Notes: a model not told the origin generated them from the sequence alone. Shown: positions 37,109 to 47,807, counted from the first letter of the stretch. The stretch is DNA of 64,000 bases from Candidatus Latescibacterota bacterium (GCA_965116885.1 OZ220741.1:2272001-2336000), one strand, 5' to 3'. A program made the numbers and translations.

Positions 37109-38122
37109 CTATCTCAGGTGAATGGGCGCGCCCCGATCCCGTGCGGATGCTTCAGCGGCGAAGCAGGCCAGATGGGTGTTGACCGCTACGGATAGATTAT
37201 CGTGGGATTCCACGTCGGTTGTGATACAATCGATGAAGTGGTCGATCATTTCCTGGAAGGGATGGTGTGATACTGCGCCGCTGTCTGGCAATACGGTTGG
37301 AATCTCAGCCAGATCCTGTTGTCCGGGGATTTGTTTTGTATAGAATCGGTTGTTGCGGATTATGCCTTCGTCGCCAAATACTTCCAGATTGAATACATAG
37401 GGCATGAAAAATTCGGTCGATCCGGAAATTTTTCCCGCGGTGCCGCGTTCGAACTGAACCGCGGCTGCGGTTGTTGCGAGATATGTTTCCGGATGGCTGG
37501 AATTGCGAGCAGAGACGCCTGATACCTGAACGATGGGGGCATTGTTCAGCACATATCGCGCTGCGTCCATGGCGTGACAGCCTCCGTGTACAATAGCCCC
37601 GGCGGTCATGGGATTCCACCCGGGTTTTTCAAATTTTTTTGGGCGCTGATGGGTTGGTCCGTGCCAGTAGTCGGCCTGTACGAGAAGTGGCTGTCCGATC
37701 CATCCTTTTTCAATGACTTGTTTGATGGATAGGACCATCGGGTTCCATCGCAGGACAAAGCTCACGACGGTTTTTACCCCGGCTTTTTGAACCGCTGCAT
37801 CCATGGCGTGAAGTTCGTCGGGATTCAGGGCCACTGGTTTTTCGATCAGGATGTGTTTGCCGGCTTCGGCTGCTGCGATGGTTTCTGCAGCGTGTAAATC
37901 CGGGGGTGTACAAATCGATACCAGATCTACGCCTGGATGGGCGAGCATGCGGTCGTAAGAGTCGAATAATTCACAATCTATACCGCAGGCGATGGCCTTT
38001 TTTTTCGCGCTTTCCAACGTGCGACTGCCAATGGCTACCACCCGGGTATGGGGATTATTCTGGTATGCTTTGATATGTTCGGTGGATACATTTCCCGCGC
38101 CCTGAATTGCTACTCCGATCAT
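37109..38122 (-). CDS. Gfo/Idh/MocA oxidoreductase
   Basis: GAGNV, IEKPVA, GCHAMD. Confidence 0.92.
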   Translation of the reverse strand: MIGVAIQGAGNVSTEHIKAYQNNPHTRVVAIGSRTLESAKKKAIACGIDCELFDSYDRMLAHPGVDLVSICTPPDLHAAETIAAAEAGKHILIEKPVALNPDELHAMDAAVQKAGVKTVVSFVLRWNPMVLSIKQVIEKGWIGQPLLVQADYWHGPTHQRPKKFEKPGWNPMTAGAIVHGGCHAMDAARYVLNNAPIVQVSGVSARNSSHPETYLATTAAAVQFERGTAGKISGSTEFFMPYVFNLEVFGDEGIIRNNRFYTKQIPGQQDLAEIPTVLPDSGAVSHHPFQEMIDHFIDCITTDVESHDNLSVAVNTHLACFAAEASARDRGAPIHLR

Positions 38123-38134
38123 TGGGTTTCCTTT

Positions 38135-40099
38135 TTAGTAATTGTGTACATTGTGCCCGCGTGCGGGGAACCACACCCAATCGATGGCGAATACCAGGGC
38201 TGTGCTCAAAGCCTGGGCGACGATCAATCCGATAAAAAAGGGCTTGCCGCGTTCGTAGAGATCCACGCCGCCTATTCTCATGAGCAGCGATTTGATTGCC
38301 CAGACGATCACAATTGAAAAGAAGACCTTTGTGACGCCGTAGTTGCCCTGTATGGCCAGGCCAATGGGGTGCAGGGGCCAATAGGGGAGCCAATAGCGGG
38401 CCATCGTGAATGCGGCCATAGCTGCCGCGCCGATTAAAGCCCATATTGCCAACCCGCCTTTGCCTCCCATTGGAATTGGGTTGCGGATGGCGTTGATCGC
38501 GTAGTTAAATGCGCCCGGCGCGGCGTTTTTGAGTCCCATGTTGCCCAGGTTGTACGCGCCATAAGCGTATCCCAGGTACAGTGTGTTGGCGACGGAAACC
38601 ATATAGCCCAGGATGAGTGATAGCCCGATCATCAGGGCAATTTGTCTGGGTTTTACCACGCGATCTACGGCTTTGACGGATTGTGTCATGGCGGGCATGA
38701 CATAGCCTTTGCCTGCGCTGTTAAATATCCGCATAAACGATAGGATTGTGACACTTTGCCCGTTGATTGTTGGCGTGCCCCAAATTTGCAACACCGCGTC
38801 AAACGGCTGTACCTGATAGTACACGTACACGAGGCCGAGTTCGGCAACTACGCGCGAGAGTCCCAAAAATGTCAACAGGGCAATTGGCAAAAATGTGAGA
38901 ATGACAAATAGTGCCAGGCCCGCGGCGTATAACCAGGTGGCGACAAATAACAGGGAGATGATCAGGCCGATTACAGCCGTGCGATACGATAGCAATTCGC
39001 CGCTGTCATCGACTTCGCAATCTGGTTGCACGGCTTTTCGCCAGACGTCTGTGAGGTGTGCGCGGCCCATCCACAGGCTCCAGATTGCGAGAAAAATGAG
39101 GGCGCCACCGCTTTGCCAACCCAGGGCGGGACTTTGCCACTGGCGGTCTGCCGCGCCGGGTGTGTACCCAAATTTGTTGAATAAAAGGACCTCAAAGCCC
39201 GATAAAAGCACCCATACCCAAACGCTGAACAGCACGTCCAATCGCGCAAAATAACCAAAGCCAATGGCATAAAAACTGACTCGGCGAATTAAAAAAGGAA
39301 AGTCGGGGTAGAATCGAAACTGCCCGCCTTCAAACGGAATGTGCGGAAAAATCGGTGTGAAGTACGATCCGATGTTCCAGACTTTCAGCAGCATCACGAG
39401 TCCAAATGCGATCCAGAACAGCGGCGACGAAAAAACCTGAGATAGCCTGCCCCCTTGTTGGGTCTCGGTCAATAGGGTGCCCACTTCTACGATGGGATAG
39501 GTCAGGCGTTCGTGATCTACCCACTGTCGGCGCAACATGACGACCACACAAAAGACGGCAAATGCGACTGCGCCGAGGAAGCAGGTCCACCAGAAAAGCG
39601 GGGTTATCCACGCGCCGAGTGCGGGGACATGGCCTGCGGGCGTGCCTTCGTAAAACCAGTTCATCGCACCCGTATCATTTTGCGGTGCCAGCCAGGTTGG
39701 GATATTGTGATGGAGATAAAAATTCCATCCATTTTCTGGCGTGGCAAAATAGTACACCCCGGCCAAGACACCGATGAGGTGCCCGGTAACGCCGTCATAA
39801 GGCACAATCGCGGCGACGAGCCCCATCCCCAGAACCACGCGCAATTCCGGTGGTGTGAGCACGAGAGAGGGCAGGGCACGGCGTGCGATGATGTTCAATA
39901 CGGCCAGCGACAAGAATGGAAAGAGCAGTGCCAGGGGAAAATGGCTGCGGCTGATATTGGAGCCGCTCATGTAGTAGGCCATCCACTCGTCCCACAAGAC
40001 GGTTGCGACGATGATCACGATGGCTACAAAAATGGCTCGGGGCGTTACGGCGCGACCGCTTTGTACCTCTGTTGCCCGATATGTCGATGCTTCTGCCAT
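38135..40099 (-). CDS. Polytopic membrane protein, DUF6785/DUF6784-like (putative transporter)
   Basis: About 16 TM segments; RRQWVDHERLTYP, ELLSYR, WPLHPIG, PFFIGLI motifs. Confidence 0.75.
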   Translation of the reverse strand: MAEASTYRATEVQSGRAVTPRAIFVAIVIIVATVLWDEWMAYYMSGSNISRSHFPLALLFPFLSLAVLNIIARRALPSLVLTPPELRVVLGMGLVAAIVPYDGVTGHLIGVLAGVYYFATPENGWNFYLHHNIPTWLAPQNDTGAMNWFYEGTPAGHVPALGAWITPLFWWTCFLGAVAFAVFCVVVMLRRQWVDHERLTYPIVEVGTLLTETQQGGRLSQVFSSPLFWIAFGLVMLLKVWNIGSYFTPIFPHIPFEGGQFRFYPDFPFLIRRVSFYAIGFGYFARLDVLFSVWVWVLLSGFEVLLFNKFGYTPGAADRQWQSPALGWQSGGALIFLAIWSLWMGRAHLTDVWRKAVQPDCEVDDSGELLSYRTAVIGLIISLLFVATWLYAAGLALFVILTFLPIALLTFLGLSRVVAELGLVYVYYQVQPFDAVLQIWGTPTINGQSVTILSFMRIFNSAGKGYVMPAMTQSVKAVDRVVKPRQIALMIGLSLILGYMVSVANTLYLGYAYGAYNLGNMGLKNAAPGAFNYAINAIRNPIPMGGKGGLAIWALIGAAAMAAFTMARYWLPYWPLHPIGLAIQGNYGVTKVFFSIVIVWAIKSLLMRIGGVDLYERGKPFFIGLIVAQALSTALVFAIDWVWFPARGHNVHNY

Positions 40100-40100
40100 A

Positions 40101-41996
40101 TTATTTTATATGCCAATCGGGGTCTTCGAGGGCTTCGTACACCACGCCGCCTTCGACCTGCATCGGCATGGGCACGCCGGTGAGATAACAGATTGTGGGA
40201 GCGACATCGATTGAGCGCACTTGTTTTGTGAGCAGGCCAGTCTGCTTAATCCCCGCGCCTGCAATTACAAATGTCGAATGCTGCCCGGCCATGCCAAAGC
40301 TCACCGAGGGCAATTGTTTGCCGTGGGCGCCGTCAAATTCGGGATGCAGGGCATAGACCACATCGCCGACCAGATCGCTCCACAAGTTGACCATTTCGGC
40401 ATTTTCGCGGCTCAGAGCCAGCGCGAAGGGGTGGCGCCCGGTGGTTTCGTCTTTGTATTCCATCAGTGCGGCGATTAGCTCTCGGCGCACGGTTTCGTAA
40501 TCGTCCTGGGAAACGATTCCGTCGGGTTCGCGTCCTTCCAGGTTGATGAAAATATGCACCAATCCCACATCGCAGGCACGCGTTTTGCTCCAGTCGATTT
40601 GCCCATTTTCGTGGTATTTCACAAATCCCGTTTCTGTGAGGACTTTGCGGATGTTGACCGCGGGAAATTGATTGGATGTGCCGCCGTGATCGGCTACCAC
40701 TGCGACGACGGTATCGTCATCGGCGATATCGTCAACGATGCGCCCGATCATGCGATCGATTGACTGATAGGTGCGGAAGACGCCTTCGCGCGATCGTTCG
40801 AGGACCGATTGCTCGGCACCGCTCGTGGGATCGGCTTGTCCCAGGAAGAAGTGGCTCGTATAATCCGACGCGTGCGTTTCAATCATCAGCAGATCCCAGG
40901 GCCGAGATCCCGTCAGGTACTGCGCCACATCGGCCAGTCGCTGGTGGTGGAATTCCAGCAGTTCAAAATACGTGTCGTCGTCAATTACGCCCAGGGCATC
41001 GCGGCCGGGGTTTTGCAAGAAATTGCCGACGTTTTCGTCGATTTCCCGCGCGATTGACGCCGGTTTGGTATATCCGTCGGGAGGCCAGATTTGCGGTACG
41101 AATAGCTCGAACATATCGGCATTTTCGGTCAGTGCGATCAATTTCATCTGTACGTGGCCGCTTACCTCTTCGCCGTCTATTTCAAATGTGTCGAGCCACC
41201 AATCGCTCCATTCGCCCACGCCGAGGTCACACATTTTTGAATCCCCGTCCCGCGTGCGACAGACGGATATGCGATCGTATCCCTTTGCGGTGGTCGCGTA
41301 GATCAAACCGTAAAATGGTTTGGGCGTGCCCTGCTTTCCCCGGTTCATGGGTGCGCGCCCACGCGCCAGGGGCGTGATCACCATTTCGACTTCGAGCGGT
41401 GGCTTTTCGGAATCGGGCAGTGCCGTCCATCCATCTGCCGCTTTGAGGGTGACGGGATCGAATTCCGATACTGTTTGCAGAGCGCTCGGGTCCAGTGTTT
41501 CGGGGTCGCGCTGTACGACCAATCGCCGCGGTGCCCACTTGCCTCCTACAAATAAGTGATAGCCCGCGACCTGATGGTGATTGGATACGCCGGGACCCGT
41601 GCCTTCCACCTGGATCCCGGTCGTGACAGTGGGCGGCCACGACATTTCCCATTTGACCAGAATCGGCGTTTTACCCGCGCGCTCATAAGTATTCCAGATG
41701 TATTCGGATTTGGACAGATCCGTATTGATGCCCCAGACGGTTTGATCCAATCGTTTGCCCAGGGCGCGGATGTTAAAATCCATGACCTCGTGATTGCCCG
41801 GCCATGATCCCGTGGCTATCGCCGTCCATCCCGGCGGCGTGAGGGTGGGAAATACGCCGATCATGGGGCGCCAGGCTCCGCGTTCCATAAGTTTTGCGAT
41901 ATTGGGCATGTGCCCCCAGTCGGCCAGGTTTTTCACAATTTCCATGCTCGCCCCATCCATGCCTATGACAATTGCCTTTTTTGCTGGACTTTCCAT
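40101..41996 (-). CDS. Alkaline phosphatase superfamily, NPP/type I phosphodiesterase-like
   Basis: GMDGA, PTLTPPGW..IATG, ADHG, INLEGREP.G.V, IDVAPT; start reassigned to 41996 (SD GAGGAG). Confidence 0.88.
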   Translation of the reverse strand: MESPAKKAIVIGMDGASMEIVKNLADWGHMPNIAKLMERGAWRPMIGVFPTLTPPGWTAIATGSWPGNHEVMDFNIRALGKRLDQTVWGINTDLSKSEYIWNTYERAGKTPILVKWEMSWPPTVTTGIQVEGTGPGVSNHHQVAGYHLFVGGKWAPRRLVVQRDPETLDPSALQTVSEFDPVTLKAADGWTALPDSEKPPLEVEMVITPLARGRAPMNRGKQGTPKPFYGLIYATTAKGYDRISVCRTRDGDSKMCDLGVGEWSDWWLDTFEIDGEEVSGHVQMKLIALTENADMFELFVPQIWPPDGYTKPASIAREIDENVGNFLQNPGRDALGVIDDDTYFELLEFHHQRLADVAQYLTGSRPWDLLMIETHASDYTSHFFLGQADPTSGAEQSVLERSREGVFRTYQSIDRMIGRIVDDIADDDTVVAVVADHGGTSNQFPAVNIRKVLTETGFVKYHENGQIDWSKTRACDVGLVHIFINLEGREPDGIVSQDDYETVRRELIAALMEYKDETTGRHPFALALSRENAEMVNLWSDLVGDVVYALHPEFDGAHGKQLPSVSFGMAGQHSTFVIAGAGIKQTGLLTKQVRSIDVAPTICYLTGVPMPMQVEGGVVYEALEDPDWHIK

Positions 41997-42006
41997 GTAC
42001 TCCTCC

Positions 42007-43311
42007 TCAAAGTGATTGAAGAACGTCTCGCGTTTTTGAGCGCGTTTCATCTATATCCGATTGTGAATGTGCAAACGAAATACTGCCTTGCTTTGTTGCC
42101 AGTGGAAAGTGATAGATACCCTTTTCAATCAATGCACGGCGATACCGCTCGTCAAGCGCGAAATCGTGGTGTTCGGCAATATCGTGCCAATCAACGGGCG
42201 CGTGGTCCATAAAATAAACGCAAAAAGTCGATCCCTGTCGGGCAATGGATACTTCTATTCCGGCTTCTTTGAATAATGCGGTCAATTCCGTTTCCAATTG
42301 TTCACCCATCGCGTAAAGTTGTTCAAAATCTGCCGATGCCAGTTTTTCCATTGTGGCAATCGCGCCCGCGCATGATATGGGATGGGCATTGTATGTTCCG
42401 GCGATCAGTACGCGCTTTGCTGGATTTTCGTGGACAAAATAATCCATGAGCGATGCCCGCCCGCCAATCGCACCAATGGGATAGCCATTGGCTATTGCTT
42501 TGCCAAATACGGACAGGTCTGGCATGATGCCACTTATGCTTTGATAGCCTCCCATCGCGTGGCGAAATCCCGTTTTCACTTCGTCGAATATCAACACAAT
42601 CCCTCGCGCATCGCACAAATCGCGCAGTCCCTGTAAATAGCCCGCTTGCGGATGTACGATGCCGATATTTTGTAAAATAGGTTCGAGGATTAACGCGGCG
42701 ATATCGTACTGGTCTATTGCCCATTGTACTGAATTCAGGTCGTTAAAATTTACTACATGTACATCGTCTAACACGCTATTGGGCACGCCGGCAGAGAGCG
42801 GTATTTTTTTGTATTCACCCGGGGAAACTCGCGGTCCGATTGCATCTATTGGCGTCATGACATTCAATGCTACGTCGTTGTGCCAGCCGTTATATCCTCC
42901 CTGCATTACGATGACGCCATTGCGCCCCGTGTGCGTCCGCGCAATTCGAATGGCGTGATAGGTGGCTTCCGATCCCGTATTGGTGAGCATGACTTTTTCG
43001 ACGGATGGTACGTGTTTTGCGATTAATGCGGCGCAATGCCCTTCCCAGGGGTTGGTGCCCGATCCCATCAGTGTTGTGCCGTCGGCGAGTACTTTTACCA
43101 CTGCCGCGTTTACATCCGGATCGTTGTGTCCGAGAATAAATGGCGCGAATGCCGCGTGATAGTCGATGTATTCATTGCCGTCAGCATCCCACACATGGCT
43201 GCCCTGCCCGCGCACAAAGGCTATTTCCGGGGCGACGGCGCGGTTGACTGATACCACGCCTCCGGGGATGACTGTGCGGTTTTTTCGGAAAATTGTTTTG
43301 GAAGAGGACAT
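42007..43311 (-). CDS. Class III aminotransferase (GSA aminomutase-like)
   Basis: IPGGV, DGNEYIDY, TGSEAT, FDEVKTGFR, FGKAIANG. Confidence 0.9.
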   Translation of the reverse strand: MSSSKTIFRKNRTVIPGGVVSVNRAVAPEIAFVRGQGSHVWDADGNEYIDYHAAFAPFILGHNDPDVNAAVVKVLADGTTLMGSGTNPWEGHCAALIAKHVPSVEKVMLTNTGSEATYHAIRIARTHTGRNGVIVMQGGYNGWHNDVALNVMTPIDAIGPRVSPGEYKKIPLSAGVPNSVLDDVHVVNFNDLNSVQWAIDQYDIAALILEPILQNIGIVHPQAGYLQGLRDLCDARGIVLIFDEVKTGFRHAMGGYQSISGIMPDLSVFGKAIANGYPIGAIGGRASLMDYFVHENPAKRVLIAGTYNAHPISCAGAIATMEKLASADFEQLYAMGEQLETELTALFKEAGIEVSIARQGSTFCVYFMDHAPVDWHDIAEHHDFALDERYRRALIEKGIYHFPLATKQGSISFAHSQSDIDETRSKTRDVLQSL

Positions 43312-43318
43312 GGCTCTA

Positions 43319-44032
43319 TCACACGTCGCGTTTGTAATAATTTTCCCAGCGTTCAGCCGGTTCGTAACCCAGAATGCGTTGTGCTTTTTCCGTGGTGTAT
43401 TTCTGGTGCGCTGTCATACTCACCATGTTGAATTCCTGATAATTATCCGGCACGGATTCGATATCCAATGCGAGACAACACGCATGCGCCAGGTCTTTCC
43501 AGAATATGCGAAATGGAGGGAAGTCCTCGCCTTTGATTGGCTCATTCGGTTCCAGACCCAGGCCGTTGAATACAAAACAAATTGTCTGTATATCGTAAGT
43601 CCGCGCGTACGTGCGACAAATTTCGTAGCTGAGCATTTTGGTTATGCCGTAATACCCGGTGCCGGGGGCGCGGGGGACATCGGTGATTTCAAAATCCTGA
43701 TCGTAATAACTCCGCACCAGTTGCGGTCCCGTATGCACTACTTTTTTTATGCCCAATTCGGCGGCGGCTTTCATGACGTGCAGTGCGCCCAGTGTACTGA
43801 CGTGAAAGCTCAGTATGGGGTCGGGACGATTCACCGTAAAATTCATCACCGCATCCATGCCCCGCATGGCGTCGCGCACCTGGTCGTATTGGCGCATATC
43901 CACCTGTTCGATGGGCCTACCATCGGGATAGGGTTTTATGTCGGCCAATGTGAAATCGCAATGCGGTTCCATATCCGGTATAATATTGGGGGCAATCTGT
44001 CCCGAAGCGCCCAGCAAGAGTACTTTTTTCAT
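43319..44032 (-). CDS. NAD-dependent epimerase/dehydratase (uronate dehydrogenase-like SDR)
   Basis: LGASGQI; YGITK (YxxxK). Confidence 0.85.
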   Translation of the reverse strand: MKKVLLLGASGQIAPNIIPDMEPHCDFTLADIKPYPDGRPIEQVDMRQYDQVRDAMRGMDAVMNFTVNRPDPILSFHVSTLGALHVMKAAAELGIKKVVHTGPQLVRSYYDQDFEITDVPRAPGTGYYGITKMLSYEICRTYARTYDIQTICFVFNGLGLEPNEPIKGEDFPPFRIFWKDLAHACCLALDIESVPDNYQEFNMVSMTAHQKYTTEKAQRILGYEPAERWENYYKRDV

Positions 44033-44796
44033 GCGCCACCTCCACGCCAGATGGCTTCAAAGTTGTGCTGTGGTTGAAAACCCCGCAACTGAAATCCACT
44101 AATTTTGCCGACCAGATATTTTGGATTTGGAATGTCTGCACAAATGTGGTGGAGGGCAAATCGATTGTTCCACTTCAGTTCGGACTGTGCATCGCGGTTG
44201 AGCGATAGGCGAAATGCCCGCGCAGCATCGCGATAATCGACCCACATGAGGTCTGGGTCCTGCGGGGAAGCATCTTCTTCTGCTATTAGCTTGCCCAGGC
44301 GCAATACTGTGACGGCTACGGGAAAATCGCGCGCAAATTCGCGTGCTGTCATTTCGCCGAGATAGCGCGTGAGATGAAATTTGTCTGTCGATGGCATGGG
44401 TCGCCACATTTCGCTGATATATACATCATCGGGGTAGGATTCGAATATTTGGAGGGTGCTTCCATATACAAACCGCTTTATACCGGCATCTATACCAGCT
44501 TTGAATAGGACATGGGTGCCCCGCGTTGCCAGGTCCAGCAGTTCTTGTTCGCAGGCGAGGTCGTCCTCGGGCAGATTGGGTGGTGGCTCACCTGTGTATA
44601 TAATAGCCTGCATGTTTCGAACGGCACGCCACGCTACGTCCGGGTCGCGCATGTCGCCTTCAAAATAGGTGATATTTTCATCCTGTTCAGAAGGCGGATC
44701 GCCCGTTCCCCAGAGTCGCAACCGATGACCCGGTGCCAATTCTCTGGCAATGGCCTGTCCCAATCGGCTCTCGGCTCCTGTGATCAGTACATTCAT
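44029..44796 (-). CDS. NAD-dependent epimerase/dehydratase-like SDR with atypical catalytic motif
   Basis: ITGAESRLG; FHLTR in place of YxxxK; start reassigned to 44796. Confidence 0.8.
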   Translation of the reverse strand: MNVLITGAESRLGQAIARELAPGHRLRLWGTGDPPSEQDENITYFEGDMRDPDVAWRAVRNMQAIIYTGEPPPNLPEDDLACEQELLDLATRGTHVLFKAGIDAGIKRFVYGSTLQIFESYPDDVYISEMWRPMPSTDKFHLTRYLGEMTAREFARDFPVAVTVLRLGKLIAEEDASPQDPDLMWVDYRDAARAFRLSLNRDAQSELKWNNRFALHHICADIPNPKYLVGKISGFQLRGFQPQHNFEAIWRGGGA

Positions 44797-45503
44797 AATT
44801 TGTCCTCCAGATCGGATTCCCAGCCAAATTGCTGGCATAAGCGCTGAATTGGGCTGGGGATTGGCGCGGAGATTTCGGTCCATGTTCCCGATGTGGGGTG
44901 TGCAAAACCGATGCGGGTAGCCATCAGCAGTAATCGGTCAATTTCAAAATGGGATTGAAAAAAGCGATTGTGATGGCGGTCGCCATAGCGCACATCGCCG
45001 ATGATTGGGTGGCGCAGATGCGCACAGTGGCGGCGGATCTGGTGTTGCCGACCTGTTACTGGCATTGCGCGCATGAGCGAATACCGCGCGGTTTCATATC
45101 GGCCCACGGGGTACGGTAGTTCAACTGTGCCTTTGCAGTGAAAATCTGTGACGGCATCGACGGGCGACGATGTGTTGGGTGGGCAATAGGCGTGGTGTAT
45201 CCGCCCTTTGTCTGGTAAGTACCCGCGCACTACGGCCAGATATTCTTTTTGTACCTGTCGCGCTGAAAATGCAGCGCCCAATGTGCGTGCGATTTCAGGG
45301 CGAAGTGCGAATAGTACAACGCCCGATGTCCCGCGATCCAGGCGGTGAACCGGATAAACCCACTGCCCGAGTTGATTTCGCAATACGGGCATACAACACA
45401 TGGCCGATCGATCCAGGTGGGTCTGGTGTACAAACCAGCCACACGGTTTTTGTATGGCAACAAGATCATTGTCGCCATACAGGATGTTCAGCTTCAAAAT
45501 CAA
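44793..45503 (-). CDS. truC: RluA-family pseudouridine synthase, TruC-like
   Basis: KPCGW.VH, VHRLDRGTSG, VELP..VGRY..ARYSL, TGRQHQIRRH, HPIIGD. Confidence 0.85.
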   Translation of the reverse strand: MILKLNILYGDNDLVAIQKPCGWFVHQTHLDRSAMCCMPVLRNQLGQWVYPVHRLDRGTSGVVLFALRPEIARTLGAAFSARQVQKEYLAVVRGYLPDKGRIHHAYCPPNTSSPVDAVTDFHCKGTVELPYPVGRYETARYSLMRAMPVTGRQHQIRRHCAHLRHPIIGDVRYGDRHHNRFFQSHFEIDRLLLMATRIGFAHPTSGTWTEISAPIPSPIQRLCQQFGWESDLEDKL

Positions 45504-45509
45504 TTCTCG

Positions 45510-46208
45510 CTACTTAATCTCGAGCAATTCCAATTCGAATATAAGCGTTGAATTGGGACTAATTTGTCCTGCTTGCCGCGCGCCGTAGGCCAGATAGGAT
45601 GGGATATAGAGTTCCCATTTCGATCCCGCGGGCATGAGTTGCAGGGCTTCTGTCCAGCCGGGAATGAGTTGATCGACGCGAAATTCTGCCGGTTCTCCTC
45701 GGCTGTAAGAACTGTCAAATTCCGTGCCGTCGAGCAGTGTTCCGCGATAGTGGCATACTACTGAATCGGTTTTTTGGGGTTTCTGTCCGTTGCCGGCTTT
45801 GATCACTTTGTACTGCAAGCCGCTGTCCAATGTCACCACGCCTTCTTTTTTCATGTTTTCCGCGAGGAAAGCCTCGCCAGCTTTTTTGTTTTCTGCTGCC
45901 ATTTTGTTTTTCTCCGCCATTTGTTGTGCTCTTTGTTCTTCCTGTATCTCGATTAGAATTTTTAGTGCTTCGTCCGAGGAAAGCAGGGGGGATTCTCCAG
46001 AATAACCGTCTTTGAATCCCTGTACAAATACATCCATATCAATCTCCATGCCCTGCTGCTTTTTCAATTGATCGGATAGATTTAAGCCGAGTGCATAACT
46101 CAGCTTGTGTTGCTTGTCCTCGAGGTTGACTTCTACAAATTCGGGTTTTTCCTGTGCCTGGCAACCCAATAAGCCAGCAGCAATGAATACTGCAAAAAGA
46201 CGCTTCAT
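45510..46208 (-). CDS. FKBP-type peptidyl-prolyl isomerase, FkpA/Mip-like lipoprotein
   Basis: LLG-C lipobox, SYALG, SGLQYKV, HYRGTL.DG.EFDSS, IPGWTEAL. Confidence 0.95.
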   Translation of the reverse strand: MKRLFAVFIAAGLLGCQAQEKPEFVEVNLEDKQHKLSYALGLNLSDQLKKQQGMEIDMDVFVQGFKDGYSGESPLLSSDEALKILIEIQEEQRAQQMAEKNKMAAENKKAGEAFLAENMKKEGVVTLDSGLQYKVIKAGNGQKPQKTDSVVCHYRGTLLDGTEFDSSYSRGEPAEFRVDQLIPGWTEALQLMPAGSKWELYIPSYLAYGARQAGQISPNSTLIFELELLEIK

Positions 46209-46282
46209 GTTTTCTCCTGAATGATAGGTAAACGTCCGCCTGTAAGGTCTGTCCCCGCAGGTCTGTGCAGGACGTGTACAGA

Positions 46283-47806
46283 CTAAATAGCCTGAAATCG
46301 CGTTTTGACTTCCGATAGCACAATATCTGGAATATCCTCTGTGCGTTCAACTGCATAAACACAGATGTGATCTGCATCAGCAGCCCGCTGACGGAATCGT
46401 TGGGCATCCCGGTTTTGCGCTACGTGAACAGCGGTTACCCGGTTTTCCTTTTGGATCAGAAATTGCATCAGTGCATCGAGGTTGGTAATCTGCATATCTG
46501 TTATGAGAAAAATATCTACATGATTCTTGAGAAGGGGATCCAGATCGGGCAGATGCAATGCTGTTCCACCACCGAAGTAGCGGCACAGTGTGAAGAATAC
46601 GCGCTTGCGATCTCTTGAGAAATCCAGTACTTCTTTTCCTCCTGCCTGTGCATCGCTAAAATTGTAAACGGCCACGCGCTTGCCCCGTCGCAAATACGCA
46701 TCGGCGGCGCATCCGGCACCTAAGACTGCGTGGGATATTTCCCGACACGGATCGACCATACTGCCCGAGGAATCGACAATGACCACACAATCGGGTATGC
46801 CATCGCCATCGCCGTGGGTTTCGCCATCTCGCCAGTTCCACATCTGGGAAATGCCCGGCATGACGCGCCCAAAACTCGTCCATACATCGATGTGCTGAAC
46901 GGGTTTGCCAATTTCCCAGGGCGAGTGAGAATGCGGATGTAATCCGCCCACTTTTTCCAGGGGTATGGTTTGCACGGGCAAGCGAAATGCGGATGCGCGC
47001 GCCATGTAAAACAAGAGGTCGGCATCTGAGGGCGTGCCTTTGCCCCGGCCCATATCGGGCATCATGTTGGCGTCTTGTAGTTCGTCGGCAAAATCGCGCA
47101 CCATTTCTCGAAAGGCATAAAATCCCTGCTCGGCAAATTGCGCGATTCCCTCTGCGAGTTCGCCTGCGGAATACTGCTGGGTATCGCCCATCATGCCACC
47201 CTGTCCATTTCCATCGTCCATTTCTTTTTGGATCAACGGGGCAATTACCTGTGCAAATGACCGAAGGCTATCGCCCCACTGCGAGGCGTCCAGATAGGGT
47301 ATGCGGGCGAGCCGATCTACTTCGCCGCGATCTTCCACGCCCAAATTTTCTCCCCAGAGGCGCTGATACAATGCCCGAATTACGTCTGTCACTTCACTCG
47401 ATTCAACGTGGCGATACACCTCGGGCAATTTCGATTCGCGCTCGCGCACAGCATGGGTATCGACCACCACGTCCGCAAAATATTCGACCACCTGCTTGAC
47501 CAATGTCCCATCCAATAACACGGGTTTGAGCGCGGCATATAGCTTTAAGTGCGTCTCAAAATCCCAGGGACAAATAGTGTGATGCCCCACGCCGTGGTCC
47601 AGCAGTGCAGAGGTGGCGTCTTCTATGTCCATTACTTGCGCGAGGGCGGTCAGCCGATTGGCATTCAATTGGATTACTTTGTCCGTCATTTGAATGCTCG
47701 CGGCTTCGTCGCCTGTTTCGATTACTTCTGGCGTCGGCAATTCGGGAAATAGATGGCGCTTGCGAACAGCGGGCCAAACGCGCTGGATGATGTCGTTGAA
47801 GTTCAT
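46283..47806 (-). CDS. vWA-domain protein with N-terminal zincin-like (DUF2201_N-like) region
   Basis: MIDAS DSSGS, GGGT, LITD; N-terminal DHGVGH..CP and D.VVD helix. Confidence 0.8.
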   Translation of the reverse strand: MNFNDIIQRVWPAVRKRHLFPELPTPEVIETGDEAASIQMTDKVIQLNANRLTALAQVMDIEDATSALLDHGVGHHTICPWDFETHLKLYAALKPVLLDGTLVKQVVEYFADVVVDTHAVRERESKLPEVYRHVESSEVTDVIRALYQRLWGENLGVEDRGEVDRLARIPYLDASQWGDSLRSFAQVIAPLIQKEMDDGNGQGGMMGDTQQYSAGELAEGIAQFAEQGFYAFREMVRDFADELQDANMMPDMGRGKGTPSDADLLFYMARASAFRLPVQTIPLEKVGGLHPHSHSPWEIGKPVQHIDVWTSFGRVMPGISQMWNWRDGETHGDGDGIPDCVVIVDSSGSMVDPCREISHAVLGAGCAADAYLRRGKRVAVYNFSDAQAGGKEVLDFSRDRKRVFFTLCRYFGGGTALHLPDLDPLLKNHVDIFLITDMQITNLDALMQFLIQKENRVTAVHVAQNRDAQRFRQRAADADHICVYAVERTEDIPDIVLSEVKTRFQAI

Positions 47807-47807
47807 G

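Noticed and set aside
42007..43311. hemL
   Set aside because: GSA-aminomutase-like, but it has YNGWH rather than YHGH and no hem gene context; left as class III aminotransferase.
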